Assembly: GCF_000020385.1 (NCBI RefSeq)
Contig: NC_010814.1
Coordinates: forward strand, 210,001-242,000
Origin: Trichlorobacter lovleyi SZ
Lineage (GTDB): Bacteria > Desulfobacterota > Desulfuromonadia > Geobacterales > Pseudopelobacteraceae
Direction of reading: 5' to 3'
DNA length: 32,000 nt
The notes under the pieces were generated by a model. The model searched no databases. It was not told the DNA's origin and saw only the letters and a program-made list of their open reading frames with translations. Position 1 is the stretch's first letter. Each line of letters begins with the position of its first letter. Shown here one piece after another: positions 1 to 8,760 of this stretch. The translations under genes and the position numbers were made by a program.

Positions 1-133
1 CGACCAGATTATCAGAACCGCAGTGGATACATTGAGTCGGTGGATTGGCTGTTTCAGCAGCAATGTGATAATCGTGAGTGTCTTCTCTGGTAGAGAGAAC
101 GTGATATCGGCGGAGGTTGAGGATGCTGAGCAT
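1..133 (-). CDS. ISL3-family transposase, N-terminal 44 aa only (gene continues beyond the left edge)
   Basis: Manual minus-strand translation from ATG 133-131 gives MLSILNLRRYHVLSTREDTHDYHIAAETANPPTQCIHCGSDNLV. This resembles the typical ISL3 N-terminus, including the zf-ISL3 CxHCG motif. A GGAGA Shine-Dalgarno lies just upstream. The ORF is absent from the ORF track because it is truncated by the window edge. Confidence 0.7.
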   Translation of the reverse strand, partial: MLSILNLRRYHVLSTREDTHDYHIAAETANPPTQCIHCGSDNLV

Positions 134-200
134 AGAGGTCTCCGGAATTCAGTGAAGGTAAGAAAATTGGAATTCGATAGTGGGGCTAATTCCGATTCTG
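1..200. mobile_element. Terminal part of an ISL3-family insertion sequence; outer boundary not resolved
   Basis: The transposase start is at 133. Subterminal GGAATTC words lie at 144-150 and 169-175, with an inverted GGAATT at 188-193, as expected for transposase-binding repeats. The exact inverted-repeat end could not be identified. Confidence 0.4.
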
Positions 201-508
201 CTTCACATTCCTCTGTCAATTACTGCATTCACGCACCTCAAGCGCCTCAATCCGAACCTTGTCAACTTTACATCCCGGCTAGGGAGTGATTTCATAGGTG
301 TCCCCAAAACAACCGGCCATGCCGACAAATGTATGTGCTGTGCCTTAACTGTACTCCCTGCTGCAGGACAGTAGGCGCGATAACGCACGTCTACGCAAGC
401 GATTACTTCCGGTTTGATCTTCGGTCTCGTGCCGGTCGCGTAGTATTTACCCTCGCCATCCGGGCACTTTGTCGCTACGAACCGCGTATCCGCTACGCCA
501 AACTAAAG

Positions 509-2053
509 TCAGCGGGACACTCCAGTGCTAGCTGTCCCGCAGGGCCTCAACTCGGGCCCCTCCAGATTGACATACACGACCACCTGATCCCCGCTTTTGG
601 TTTTACGGCAGGCATCAACATTTTTCACCACGCGCTTGTCTGCAAAATCCTTGAATCTGGATTTGCCCACTCCAGCCACAAAATCCGCTGCCTTTTGCTC
701 TGCACGTGCACATGCTTCTTCAAAGGTGAACGTCTCCACGTTCTTCGCACGATAATGCATCAGCGAAGTGAAGTACTCGCGTGACGGGCATATATATATT
801 TTCTCTGCTGAAGGGCCGACGCTGCTTCCGCCGGAGCCAGAAGCCAGTTTGGCCCTTTCTGCCTCGGCTCTCTTACGCGCTTGCTCCTGTTTGCGGGTTT
901 GTTCCTGTTGGCGTGCTTGTTCCTGTGCTTGCGCCTGTTCCTCCAAGCGTGCTTGCTTTTGCTGACGTTCCTGCTCCTGCTGGCGAATGCGGGCATCCTC
1001 CTGTACGCGCCGGGCATCAGCGGTACGTTGTGCATCCGCACGAGCGGCACGGTCCCGTTCCGCATCGCGGCGACGGTCCGCTTCACGTTCTTCCTTCTCA
1101 GCCCGGGCGCGGTCCCGTTCCGCAGCCTGTGCAGCACGCACGCGATTTGATTCGTTAATGGCGGCACTCGTCTGGCGGTCGATCCTGGCTAAGGTCGCGG
1201 CATTGTTGTTGATATTCTGCATGATCTGGGCACCGATGCTCGCATTGTAATCGCGAGTCGATTGCCGGTCCTCTGCCTCTTGCGCCTCCCGTTTTTCCCG
1301 CCATTCACGCGCTTCCCGTTCTTCATCCCGGCGGGTTTGCGCTTTCTTCTCTTCTTCATCCCGGCTGATTTGCGCTCGCCGCTCTTCTTCCGCCCTCTGT
1401 TCCCGCTCCCGCTCCTGTCGCTGTTCCTCGGCAAGCCTTTCTTCCCGGCGTTTTTCCTCCTGCTGACGGAGATCTTCTTCTATCTCGCGGGCAGTTTCCT
1501 CCCGCAGCTGTGTCACCTCCGCCGCTTCACCCGGTGTATACGGCAGGGCGGCGGCTTGGGCCAGTTTTTCCTGTCGCGCCTGCTCTGCCTTGCGTGCAAG
1601 TTCCGCCTTGCGGGCGGCTTCTTCCTTTCGTTTCCGCTCATCTTCCTGCCGCTTGAGTTCCGCCGTCACCTCCTTGCGGGCTTCCGCCAGTATTTTTTTG
1701 TCGGAAATCAACCGCACCGTCACTTCGTCCAAGGCGGCTCCTTTCACGGTAAAGGCGTCTGATACGTTAACTCCGGGTTGGATATTCACCCGCTCGCTCC
1801 TCTTTTGAGGGCCGCCGTTCTCCCAAGCAATAGTGTATTCAATCTCCACCGGGGTTTCGTAAGCGCTGCTGAAGCGCCACTGGAGATTACAGGCAGCAGT
1901 GCCACCCGGCGGGCAGTCGTTTTTGTGGCTAAACTCAATACCGTTCAGACCGCCATCGTCCAGCTTGTACCAAGGGGACCAGCCGCGGCCGGTTTCCGCA
2001 AGGGAGCTTGTTGAGCACGTGATTAACAGCACCATTATAAACAGATAACGCAT
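509..2053 (-). CDS. Exported 514-aa protein: signal peptide, Cys-containing N-domain, about 280-aa Glu/Arg/Gln/Ala-rich charged helical spacer, Cys-containing C-domain
   Basis: Long ORF with ATG and a GGAGGA Shine-Dalgarno. The N-terminus MRYLFIMVLLITCSTSSLAE looks like a signal peptide. The central region consists of EERKRKEEAARKAELARKAEQARQEK-type low-complexity repeats (TolA-like spacer). The gene lies 35 nt downstream of the FGE-fold gene. Confidence 0.75.
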   Translation of the reverse strand: MRYLFIMVLLITCSTSSLAETGRGWSPWYKLDDGGLNGIEFSHKNDCPPGGTAACNLQWRFSSAYETPVEIEYTIAWENGGPQKRSERVNIQPGVNVSDAFTVKGAALDEVTVRLISDKKILAEARKEVTAELKRQEDERKRKEEAARKAELARKAEQARQEKLAQAAALPYTPGEAAEVTQLREETAREIEEDLRQQEEKRREERLAEEQRQEREREQRAEEERRAQISRDEEEKKAQTRRDEEREAREWREKREAQEAEDRQSTRDYNASIGAQIMQNINNNAATLARIDRQTSAAINESNRVRAAQAAERDRARAEKEEREADRRRDAERDRAARADAQRTADARRVQEDARIRQQEQERQQKQARLEEQAQAQEQARQQEQTRKQEQARKRAEAERAKLASGSGGSSVGPSAEKIYICPSREYFTSLMHYRAKNVETFTFEEACARAEQKAADFVAGVGKSRFKDFADKRVVKNVDACRKTKSGDQVVVYVNLEGPELRPCGTASTGVSR

Positions 2054-2088
2054 GATTCCTCCGAAAGTTGAAACCCGAAATACAAAGG

Positions 2089-2919
2089 CTATTGGGCGGG
2101 GAGAAGCAGGCGAACCCCGTTGCTGAAGTTCCCTTTGCCGGGTTTGATCTCACTGCTCCGGAAGCTCGCCTGCGCGAAGAAAGCATTGCCGTGGACCCAG
2201 GAACTGCCGCGATTGACGCGTAATTCACCATTGTCGGGACCGGATGGGTTGTCCTTGGGGCTTTCATCGTAGTAGGACTCGCTATACCAGTCCTGGCACC
2301 ATTCCTCGACGTTGCCGCTCATGTCGTACAGACCCAGACTGTTGGGCTTTTTCATCCCCACCTTGTGAGTTTTTTTATTGGAATTAATTCCATACCAAGC
2401 GTATCGGCTCAAGGTATCTTCTTCGTTGGTGCCGGCCCATTTTTCATCCTTGCCGCCGCTTCTGGCCGCGTATTCCCATTCGGCTTCTGTCGGCAGGCGG
2501 TACTGTTTGCTGCTCTGTGTATTCAGTTTTTTGATAAATTCCTGAGCATCGTTCCAACTGATATTTTCCACCGGGCAGTCTGGACCGCATTGTTCGAATC
2601 TGCTGGGGTTCTTGCCCATTACTTTCTCCCACTGGGATTGCGTAACCTCGTACTTGCCCATATAGAAATCACTGAGGCAGACCTGGTGCACCGGTTTGGC
2701 TTCTCTGATCTCGACACTCCCCATCTGGTAGCAGCCCCCCTTGACAAAGACGAACTGCATGCCGGTAGTTGGGTCGGAAACCGTTTTGACGTTCTCTTTG
2801 GTCGGTTTTTCAGGTTCTCTCAGCTTCAGCTTGACCGGCGGGGCGTCGGCGGCAAACGCTGTGCTGATGCTGAAAAGTATGCTAATGATAATTGCTAAGG
2901 GTATACTGACTCTGGGCAT
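2089..2919 (-). CDS. Exported FGE-sulfatase (SUMF1-like) fold protein, apparently non-catalytic
   Basis: Signal peptide MPRVSIPLAIIISILFSISTAFA. Family-typical segments are FVFVKGGCYQMGS, YMGKYEVTQSQWEKVMG, NISWNDAQEFIKKLN, YRLPTEAEWEYAAR, GLYDMSGNVEEW and RVNRGSSW. The region where true formylglycine-generating enzymes carry the CxxxxC pair has no Cys (GSSWVHGNAFFAQASFR). Confidence 0.8.
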   Translation of the reverse strand: MPRVSIPLAIIISILFSISTAFAADAPPVKLKLREPEKPTKENVKTVSDPTTGMQFVFVKGGCYQMGSVEIREAKPVHQVCLSDFYMGKYEVTQSQWEKVMGKNPSRFEQCGPDCPVENISWNDAQEFIKKLNTQSSKQYRLPTEAEWEYAARSGGKDEKWAGTNEEDTLSRYAWYGINSNKKTHKVGMKKPNSLGLYDMSGNVEEWCQDWYSESYYDESPKDNPSGPDNGELRVNRGSSWVHGNAFFAQASFRSSEIKPGKGNFSNGVRLLLPAQ

Positions 2920-3050
2920 GGTTGACTCCTGTTGAACAAGATTAATATGAACTGTCTTTAGTGGGGCGAAGTGAGGCTTGAAAAAGTCGCCCGTATATTC
3001 AAGCTCACCAAGTCAGCATACACTCCTATTAGAAAACTCCCCATACATAC

Positions 3051-3085
3051 AAAAAACGCCCATTTCCATATGCGGAAAACGGGCG
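3051..3085 (-). terminator. Rho-independent-type terminator read on the minus strand
   Basis: The minus strand reads CGCCCGTTTTCC-gcatat-GGAAATGGGCG followed by TTTTTTG (plus-strand A-run 3051-3056). No intact minus-strand gene lies upstream of it, so it is probably orphaned by rearrangement. Confidence 0.45.
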
Positions 3086-3346
3086 AAATTAGTCCTGATG
3101 TCAGGATAAAGAAGAAGGAATAATTTCACTCTCATCAGTAATCCGGCTATCCTTTCATGGGACCCGTGATTTTGCGCCATCAGGTCACCCTGATTTTGCT
3201 CTTTAAAGGGTGGTTATTTATTTCAGAACTACATTTTAAAAACATTTACGTCAAGTAAATTAAATATTGCCAAAAATGACTGTTTTTGCGATGTCAAGCT
3301 ACATTGCCATTAGCCTCCATCAACAGCTTTTTACGAATCACAATGA

Positions 3347-3547
3347 TCGTTACAGACAAGAAGCAAAAGCACGAATCAACGACTTTTTACGAATACCCCA
3401 TTTAAAGAGGTGACTATCGGGATCGAAGACCGGAGCAATCTGAGCGAAGTCGTTGCAGGGCTTGATGCCGGTGACCGTGTAGCAGTGGCTCCCCCTGCGA
3501 ACATGGCAAAATTCAAGGAAGGCATGCGGGTGCGGGGGGCGAAATGA
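3347..3547 (+). pseudogene. 3-prime remnant of an HlyD/DevB-type membrane-fusion (periplasmic adaptor) gene
   Basis: Manual translation ends ...TPFKEVTIGIEDRSNLSEVVAGLDAGDRVAVAPPANMAKFKEGMRVRGAK*. This is the typical C-terminal beta-barrel tail of adaptor proteins. The stop overlaps the permease ATG (ATGA at 3544-3547). There is no start codon, and stops lie in frame at 3311 and 3344. Homology begins at about 3395. Confidence 0.55.
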
Positions 3548-4746
3548 ATCTCGCCATTCGGGACATACGCTACCACCGGGGCAGGTTTATCCTGACCTCC
3601 ATCGGCCTTGGGCTGCTCCTCGGTGTGGTCATCAGCATGGGAGGCATCTACCGGGGACTTATCGCCGACGCCCTGGCGATACTACACGCGAATAAGGCCG
3701 ACATCTGGGTTGTGCAGCAGCATACCAACGGCCCGTTTGCCGAGAGTTCGCGCATCCCGGAAGACATCAAGTACCGCATACGGGCGGTGCCCGGTGTTGC
3801 TGAGGCATCCCCGCTTTCCTTCCAGACGGTCCAGATCGAGCGTCATGGCAAACCCTTCCGTTTTTTCCTGATGGGTTATGAATTGAGCGGTTTCGGCGGA
3901 CCGCCGGAGATAGTTGCCGGTCGCGGCATCCGCCAGAAGCACTACGAAATGGTAGCAGCCAGAGCGATGGGAATGCAGATCGGTGAAAAGATCCATCTGG
4001 GTCTCCATGATTACACGATCGTAGGATTAACCGGCAAGATTGTCTCTTCCAGCGGAGATCCGGTTGCCTATGTGAGTCTGGCCGACGCCCAGGATATTCA
4101 GTTCAAAAAGGACAACGACGCCATCAGGAACGACCGGGAAAGGATCGGAGCCAATCTGGCTAATATTCAAACTCTGTCTCCTGTCCAAGGAAAATACCTG
4201 CAGCAGAATATTTCAGCTATCACTGAATCAACGCACACGGTCAATACAGTCGTTGCGCGGCTGGCGCCGGGTGCGAACCTCCAGGAGGTGCAGGAGCGGA
4301 TCAGCCGTTGGAACCATTTCAAGCCGATTTCCGATTCAGAACAGACTGCCATCCTGGCTAAGGGAATGATTGAAAAAGCCAGGATGCAGTTGGGGCTTTT
4401 CCGGGTCATCCTCCTCGTTATCTCGGCCGTCATAATCTCCCTGATCATCTACACCTCGACCCTAGACAAGATCAAGGTCATCGCCACTCTGAAACTGATC
4501 GGCTCACCAAACCGAGTGATCATAGGCATGATCCTGCAGCAATCGCTGTTGATGGGCTTCATTGCGTATTTTATCGGCTACGGACTGATTTTGCTGACCT
4601 ATGAAAAATTTCCCCGGCGGATCGTCCTGGAGACTTTTGACATGCAGATGTTGTTTGTCATTGTCATGGCGATTTGCATCATTTCGAGTTTTGTGGGTAT
4701 CCGGAAGGCGCTCAAGGTTGAGCCGGGGGAGGCCCTGGGTGGATAA
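3544..4746 (+). CDS. ABC exporter permease, FtsX/MacB-DevC type
   Basis: 400 aa. The N-terminus is MNLAIRDIRYHRGRFILTSIGLGLLLGVV (TM1). A large periplasmic loop follows, then three C-terminal TM helices (FtsX-like). The gene sits immediately upstream of a MacB/LolD-type ATPase. Confidence 0.8.
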   Translation: MNLAIRDIRYHRGRFILTSIGLGLLLGVVISMGGIYRGLIADALAILHANKADIWVVQQHTNGPFAESSRIPEDIKYRIRAVPGVAEASPLSFQTVQIERHGKPFRFFLMGYELSGFGGPPEIVAGRGIRQKHYEMVAARAMGMQIGEKIHLGLHDYTIVGLTGKIVSSSGDPVAYVSLADAQDIQFKKDNDAIRNDRERIGANLANIQTLSPVQGKYLQQNISAITESTHTVNTVVARLAPGANLQEVQERISRWNHFKPISDSEQTAILAKGMIEKARMQLGLFRVILLVISAVIISLIIYTSTLDKIKVIATLKLIGSPNRVIIGMILQQSLLMGFIAYFIGYGLILLTYEKFPRRIVLETFDMQMLFVIVMAICIISSFVGIRKALKVEPGEALGG

Positions 4747-4750
4747 GAAC

Positions 4751-5473
4751 ATGTATGCAATCGAGGTGGAAAGGCTGACTAAGATCTACGGTAAAGGCGA
4801 GACGGCGGTTACCGCTATTGCAAATGCGACTCTGCAGGTGAAACCAGGGGAACTGGTTGCCATTCTCGGCCCCTCGGGTTCTGGCAAAACAACACTGCTG
4901 ACCTGCATCGGACTGATCAATGAACCGACCAACGGCAAGGTCGTTATCGATGGTACTACTGTCGCTGATGAAGGCTGGAATAGCGGTATTGATCTAAAGC
5001 GGATGCGCCGGGAAAAGCTTGGCTTCATCTTTCAAGCCCACAACCTGATACCGTTTTTGACCGCTCAAGAAAACGTCATGATTGCTCTGGAGATCAACCA
5101 CCTGACGAAGAGTGAAGCCAAAGGTCGCGCGACTGAGCTGCTTGTATCCCTCAATCTTGGCCACCGGCTGAACAATTACCCTTCAGCGCTTTCCGGTGGC
5201 GAAGCTCAACGGGTTGCCATTGCACGGGCATTGGCCAATAAGCCGAAGGTGATCCTGGCCGATGAGCCGACCGCTGCCCTCGACACTGAGAATGGAAAAA
5301 ACGTCATGACGCTCCTGAAGAAACTGGCAGTGGAAAACCATTCCGCTATCTTGGTTGTCACCCACGATCATCGCATGGTGGAAGGTTTTGACCGGATATT
5401 CCAAGTTAACGACGGCCGCATTACCGGCGAAAAAAGTAACTTGGAGGTGTGGGCAAGCCATGAACTGGGATGA
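4751..5473 (+). CDS. ABC transporter ATP-binding protein (MacB/LolD/DevA type)
   Basis: Start taken at internal ATG 4751 (MYAIEVERLTKIYG...). The track ORF from 4601 overlaps the permease. Motifs present: Walker A GPSGSGKTT, Q-loop FIFQ, signature LSGGEAQR, Walker B ILADEPT, H-loop VVTHD. Confidence 0.9.
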   Translation: MYAIEVERLTKIYGKGETAVTAIANATLQVKPGELVAILGPSGSGKTTLLTCIGLINEPTNGKVVIDGTTVADEGWNSGIDLKRMRREKLGFIFQAHNLIPFLTAQENVMIALEINHLTKSEAKGRATELLVSLNLGHRLNNYPSALSGGEAQRVAIARALANKPKVILADEPTAALDTENGKNVMTLLKKLAVENHSAILVVTHDHRMVEGFDRIFQVNDGRITGEKSNLEVWASHELG

Positions 5474-5582
5474 ATGTTACAGCGAACCGGGCTTTGCCTA
5501 TGGTACGGCACCAAATGAGTTTCTCGTTTCGGTATGGAACCGGCGGACCACAATCGTTCTATATGTTGATGTTTCTCGATGA
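5460..5582 (+). pseudogene. 5-prime remnant of a class I SAM-dependent methyltransferase gene
   Basis: MNWDECYSEPGFAYGTAPNEFLVSV matches the usual N-terminus of small TehB-like or Methyltransf_11-type methyltransferases. The sequence then degenerates (WNRRTTIVLYVDVSR*) before any SAM-binding GxGxG motif. Confidence 0.5.
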
Positions 5583-5755
5583 TGTGACAGAAGAACTTGC
5601 CGGACTGGATCTCTTCTGTTTGTATTAATCAGAAATGGTGGAAACGAAAGATAAGTAGCGGTATGGAGTTGGAAAGCTTCACACTCCGTCGGAGTGTATA
5701 GACTTAAATTTAGTCGAATATAGCACCTACCTGGAACCAACTCAAAGCTCTCTCC

Positions 5756-5784
5756 TTGTAAAATCACCCGTAAATTGATAGATT
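5756..5784 (+). promoter_or_regulatory. Candidate sigma70 promoter of the nuclease operon
   Basis: TTGTAA (5756-5761), a 17-nt spacer, then TAGATT (5779-5784). A GGAGG Shine-Dalgarno lies at about 5797-5801 and the ATG at 5810. Confidence 0.3.
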
Positions 5785-5809
5785 TACGCCTTCTTGCGGA
5801 GGCTTACAT

Positions 5810-6616
5810 ATGAGTATCAAAAGATTTCTTCTAATAGCGTTGTCGATATCCGTTCTTCTGCATCCTGTTACAGGAATGGCCTCCCAAACAGGCTGCTCAG
5901 AACATTTTGCCAATGGCCAGGCCCCTGACTTCATCAATCAAAAGCTCACCGCAAAAACGCGTGAAATCTGCTATTCGGGTTTTGCGGTCAAACATTCCGG
6001 TGTGACCAGGACGCCGCTCTATGCAGCTGAGCATTTGACGCGTGATCGGATCTTGCAAGGTAAAGGTCTCAAGCGGCAGAGCAAGTTCCACCCCGACGAG
6101 AATATCCCGCGTTCGGAACGGGCTGAACTGCATCACTATGCTCGATCTGAATATGACCGTGGCCACATAGCACCATCTGCTGACATGTTCGACATTAAAT
6201 CACAGTATGAATGCTTTTCCTTGGCGAATATGGTTCCCCAGATACCCGAGAATAACCGTGGGCCATGGGGGGGCATAGAATCTGCTGTGCGGATGATGGC
6301 GAAGAGCAAAGGCAACCTTTATGTCGTCACCGGCCCAATTTATCAAGGTGGCAACATCAAACAAATCGGTGGAGCAGTGATGGTTCCGACAAAACTATTC
6401 AAGGCCGTTTACGACCCGCAGAGAAAAGAAGCCGGAGCATACCTGATTGACAATACCGCAGGTGCCCAGCCAGAAAAAATATCCATAGCAGAGCTTGAAA
6501 CACTTACCGGGATCACCATCTTCCCGGCAGTAGAGGAAACCGTCAAATCCAGACTCATGCGTCTGCCTGAACCTAGATCATACAAGGAGCGCAAGCGCAA
6601 GGGAGGCCGAGGATGA
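5810..6616 (+). CDS. Secreted DNA/RNA non-specific endonuclease (Serratia NucA / EndoG beta-beta-alpha-Me family)
   Basis: Signal peptide MSIKRFLLIALSISVLLHPVTGMA. The active-site block is YDRGHIAPSADM (DRGH motif), followed by NMVPQ...NN. Confidence 0.85.
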   Translation: MSIKRFLLIALSISVLLHPVTGMASQTGCSEHFANGQAPDFINQKLTAKTREICYSGFAVKHSGVTRTPLYAAEHLTRDRILQGKGLKRQSKFHPDENIPRSERAELHHYARSEYDRGHIAPSADMFDIKSQYECFSLANMVPQIPENNRGPWGGIESAVRMMAKSKGNLYVVTGPIYQGGNIKQIGGAVMVPTKLFKAVYDPQRKEAGAYLIDNTAGAQPEKISIAELETLTGITIFPAVEETVKSRLMRLPEPRSYKERKRKGGRG

Positions 6617-6867
6617 GTAGGAAAGGAATCAAGCCTTTTGCAAATGAAAGCGATTGCCTACAGATCGGCGGGATCACCATCGAAAACCGGGTCGACAGGG
6701 TGTCGATCTTCGGCAGCATTGACATCACCCGTGACAAAGAAGGCCTTGCTGCCGCCCGGGAGATGAAGACTATCCTGGAACTGACCCTGACGGAACTGGA
6801 AAGCGCGGATCTTCCAGACAAGGTGACACTGAGACCGGCCAAGACCGTTAAGAACCCCTTTGAGTAG
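6613..6867 (+). CDS. Hypothetical 84-aa cytoplasmic protein, translationally coupled to the nuclease
   Basis: Its ATG overlaps the nuclease stop (ATGA at 6613-6616). No signal peptide is present. No family was recognised. Confidence 0.6.
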   Translation: MSRKGIKPFANESDCLQIGGITIENRVDRVSIFGSIDITRDKEGLAAAREMKTILELTLTELESADLPDKVTLRPAKTVKNPFE

Positions 6868-6886
6868 GCAGATCACAGAATGGAGC

Positions 6887-7171
6887 ATGGAATTGCCGAA
6901 ATCCATTGAAGTGACGATCGAACCTGATGATAACTACCCCCAACAACATCAACCCGAACATGACGAGGATGGGGTCGATGTACCTTGGGACAGCATCAAC
7001 CCTGAAACACTTCGCAACCTGATTTCCGAATTCGTCACCCGGGAGTGGCCAGACACGGAATACTCCCTCGAAACCAAAATTGATCAAGTGCTGAAGCAGC
7101 TCCGCACCGGGCAGGCGAAAATAGTTTTCGACCTGGTATCCAAGACCTGTAACATCATTCCGAGCAGGTGA
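6887..7171 (+). CDS. yheU: YheU family protein (UPF0270)
   Basis: VPWDSINPETLRNLISEFVTREWPDTEYSLETKIDQVLKQLRTGQAKIVFDLVSKTCNIIPSR aligns by eye with E. coli YheU ([27 protein letters not shown]...). The start is uncertain: TTG 6860 or ATG 6887. Confidence 0.65.
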   Translation: MELPKSIEVTIEPDDNYPQQHQPEHDEDGVDVPWDSINPETLRNLISEFVTREWPDTEYSLETKIDQVLKQLRTGQAKIVFDLVSKTCNIIPSR

Positions 7172-7179
7172 CCGCATCG

Positions 7180-8760
7180 ATGGAGAAACGATTCTTCCCC
7201 CTCTCCGCTATTACAAAGCGGATCAATGAACTGCTGGAGCCTGCCATCAGCAAGCAGTTCTGGGTCAAGGCCGAGATATCCACTGGCCGTGAACGAGGTG
7301 GAGCTTTTTACTGTGATCTGGTTGAAACAGATGATGGCGGAAAAATCGTTGCAAAGATAGCCTGCACAATCTGGCAAAGAGAACTTTCCACCATAAAGGA
7401 GCTGTTCAAAGCCAGGAACATGGATCTTGTGCTGACAAACGGCACAGTGGTCGGCTTTCTCTGTTCTCTTCAGTTTAGTCCCCAGTATGGCTTGTCCCTC
7501 AGAGTCATTGATGCCGATCCATCGATTGCTTTGGGTGAAATGGAGCTGAAAAAGAGGGAGATCATCGAGCGCCTGCAAAAGGAAGGGCTGTTCGAGACAA
7601 ACAAGGAACGCTTCGTACCGATCCTCCCGATAAGGCTCGGCCTGATTACCAGTTCTGGGAGCGCGGCATACAATGACTTCATCCAGACCCTCACGGCGTC
7701 AGGCTACGGCTTCAAGATCTACCTGGCCGACGCTATGGTCCAGGGAGATCAGACAGAGAAATCGGTCCTTCGTGCTTTGGATGCCCTTACTGGACTCGAT
7801 GTTGACCTTGTGCTTATCCTCCGGGGTGGCGGTAGCAAGACGGATCTCTACTTCCTGGATAATGAGGCCATTTCCAGGAAAATTGCCGGATACCCCAAGC
7901 CGGTGTGGACCGGTATCGGCCACGAAATCGATACGAGTATCCTGGACTATATCGCCAATCGCTCCTTCAAGACTCCAACGGCGGCGGCAGAGGAACTGGT
8001 GGCCCGCTTTGTTCAGATGCGCCGGCAGTTGGACGAGGCAACCAACACCCTGAAGACCGTCTGGGCCTACCGGTTGAAAATCGACCAGGACTATCTGGCA
8101 AGGGCGGTGACCGGCATCCAGCAGGGGCCGAGAAAACTGCTTGATGTGACAGCAAGTTGCTTGAGGGAGCAGGCACAAGAACTGCGTGCCCGGGTACAGC
8201 GTCGGTTGTCAACTGAGCAGATTGGAATAGGGAGAAGAAGGGAAAAATTACGTTCTCTCCCGCTGACCCTGACCAAAAATCATATGGAACGTCTGGCAGC
8301 AAAACGGCAAGAACTCTCATCGGGAGTAACTCACTGTCTTACCCGAACCGGAGAGACTCTGTCCGGACTGAAGCAACGCTTTGAAAAGGAGCGCTTTCTG
8401 CGGCGCCTGGCAGTTGAGCGTGAGCGCAACGAGAAAAACCGGCAGCAATTGAAAGCCCGGTTCTTTTCGGTATTCAAAATGAAATATATGCTTCTCACGA
8501 ACATCAAGGGGCGGCTCAAGCAAGAGCGGGTTTTGCAGAGAATTGCTTTGGCTCGTACCAGTCTGAATGACAAAATGGCCACCCTGAAAGCTATCGACCC
8601 GCAGACTGTTCTGAAGCGTGGCTTTGCCCTTGTCTACAGCCAACAGGGCACTCTTGTCAGATCCATTGCTGATGTCGCTGAAAAGCAGCTTATTCAAACC
8701 CGCTTAGCTGATGGCTCTCTGATCAGCGAAGTTACTGCAAAGGAGATAAACCATGAGTGA
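7180..8760 (+). CDS. xseA: Exodeoxyribonuclease VII large subunit
   Basis: The N-terminal OB-fold region reads FWVKAEIS. The catalytic region LILRGGGSKTDLYFLDNEAISRKIAGYPKPVWTGIGHEIDTSILDYIANRSFKTPTAAAE matches XseA. A long coiled C-terminus follows. The stop overlaps xseB. ATG 7180 is preferred over GTG 7168. Confidence 0.9.
   Translation: MEKRFFPLSAITKRINELLEPAISKQFWVKAEISTGRERGGAFYCDLVETDDGGKIVAKIACTIWQRELSTIKELFKARNMDLVLTNGTVVGFLCSLQFSPQYGLSLRVIDADPSIALGEMELKKREIIERLQKEGLFETNKERFVPILPIRLGLITSSGSAAYNDFIQTLTASGYGFKIYLADAMVQGDQTEKSVLRALDALTGLDVDLVLILRGGGSKTDLYFLDNEAISRKIAGYPKPVWTGIGHEIDTSILDYIANRSFKTPTAAAEELVARFVQMRRQLDEATNTLKTVWAYRLKIDQDYLARAVTGIQQGPRKLLDVTASCLREQAQELRARVQRRLSTEQIGIGRRREKLRSLPLTLTKNHMERLAAKRQELSSGVTHCLTRTGETLSGLKQRFEKERFLRRLAVERERNEKNRQQLKARFFSVFKMKYMLLTNIKGRLKQERVLQRIALARTSLNDKMATLKAIDPQTVLKRGFALVYSQQGTLVRSIADVAEKQLIQTRLADGSLISEVTAKEINHE

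Noticed and set aside
760-1808. Many overlapping ORFs on both strands and in several frames (for example 760-1167, 781-1158, 987-1250, 1189-1434, 1262-1762).
   Set aside because: They all lie inside the low-complexity charged-spacer region of the 514-aa gene. Repetitive GC-rich codons keep alternative frames open, and the products are Arg/Pro/Leu-rich nonsense.
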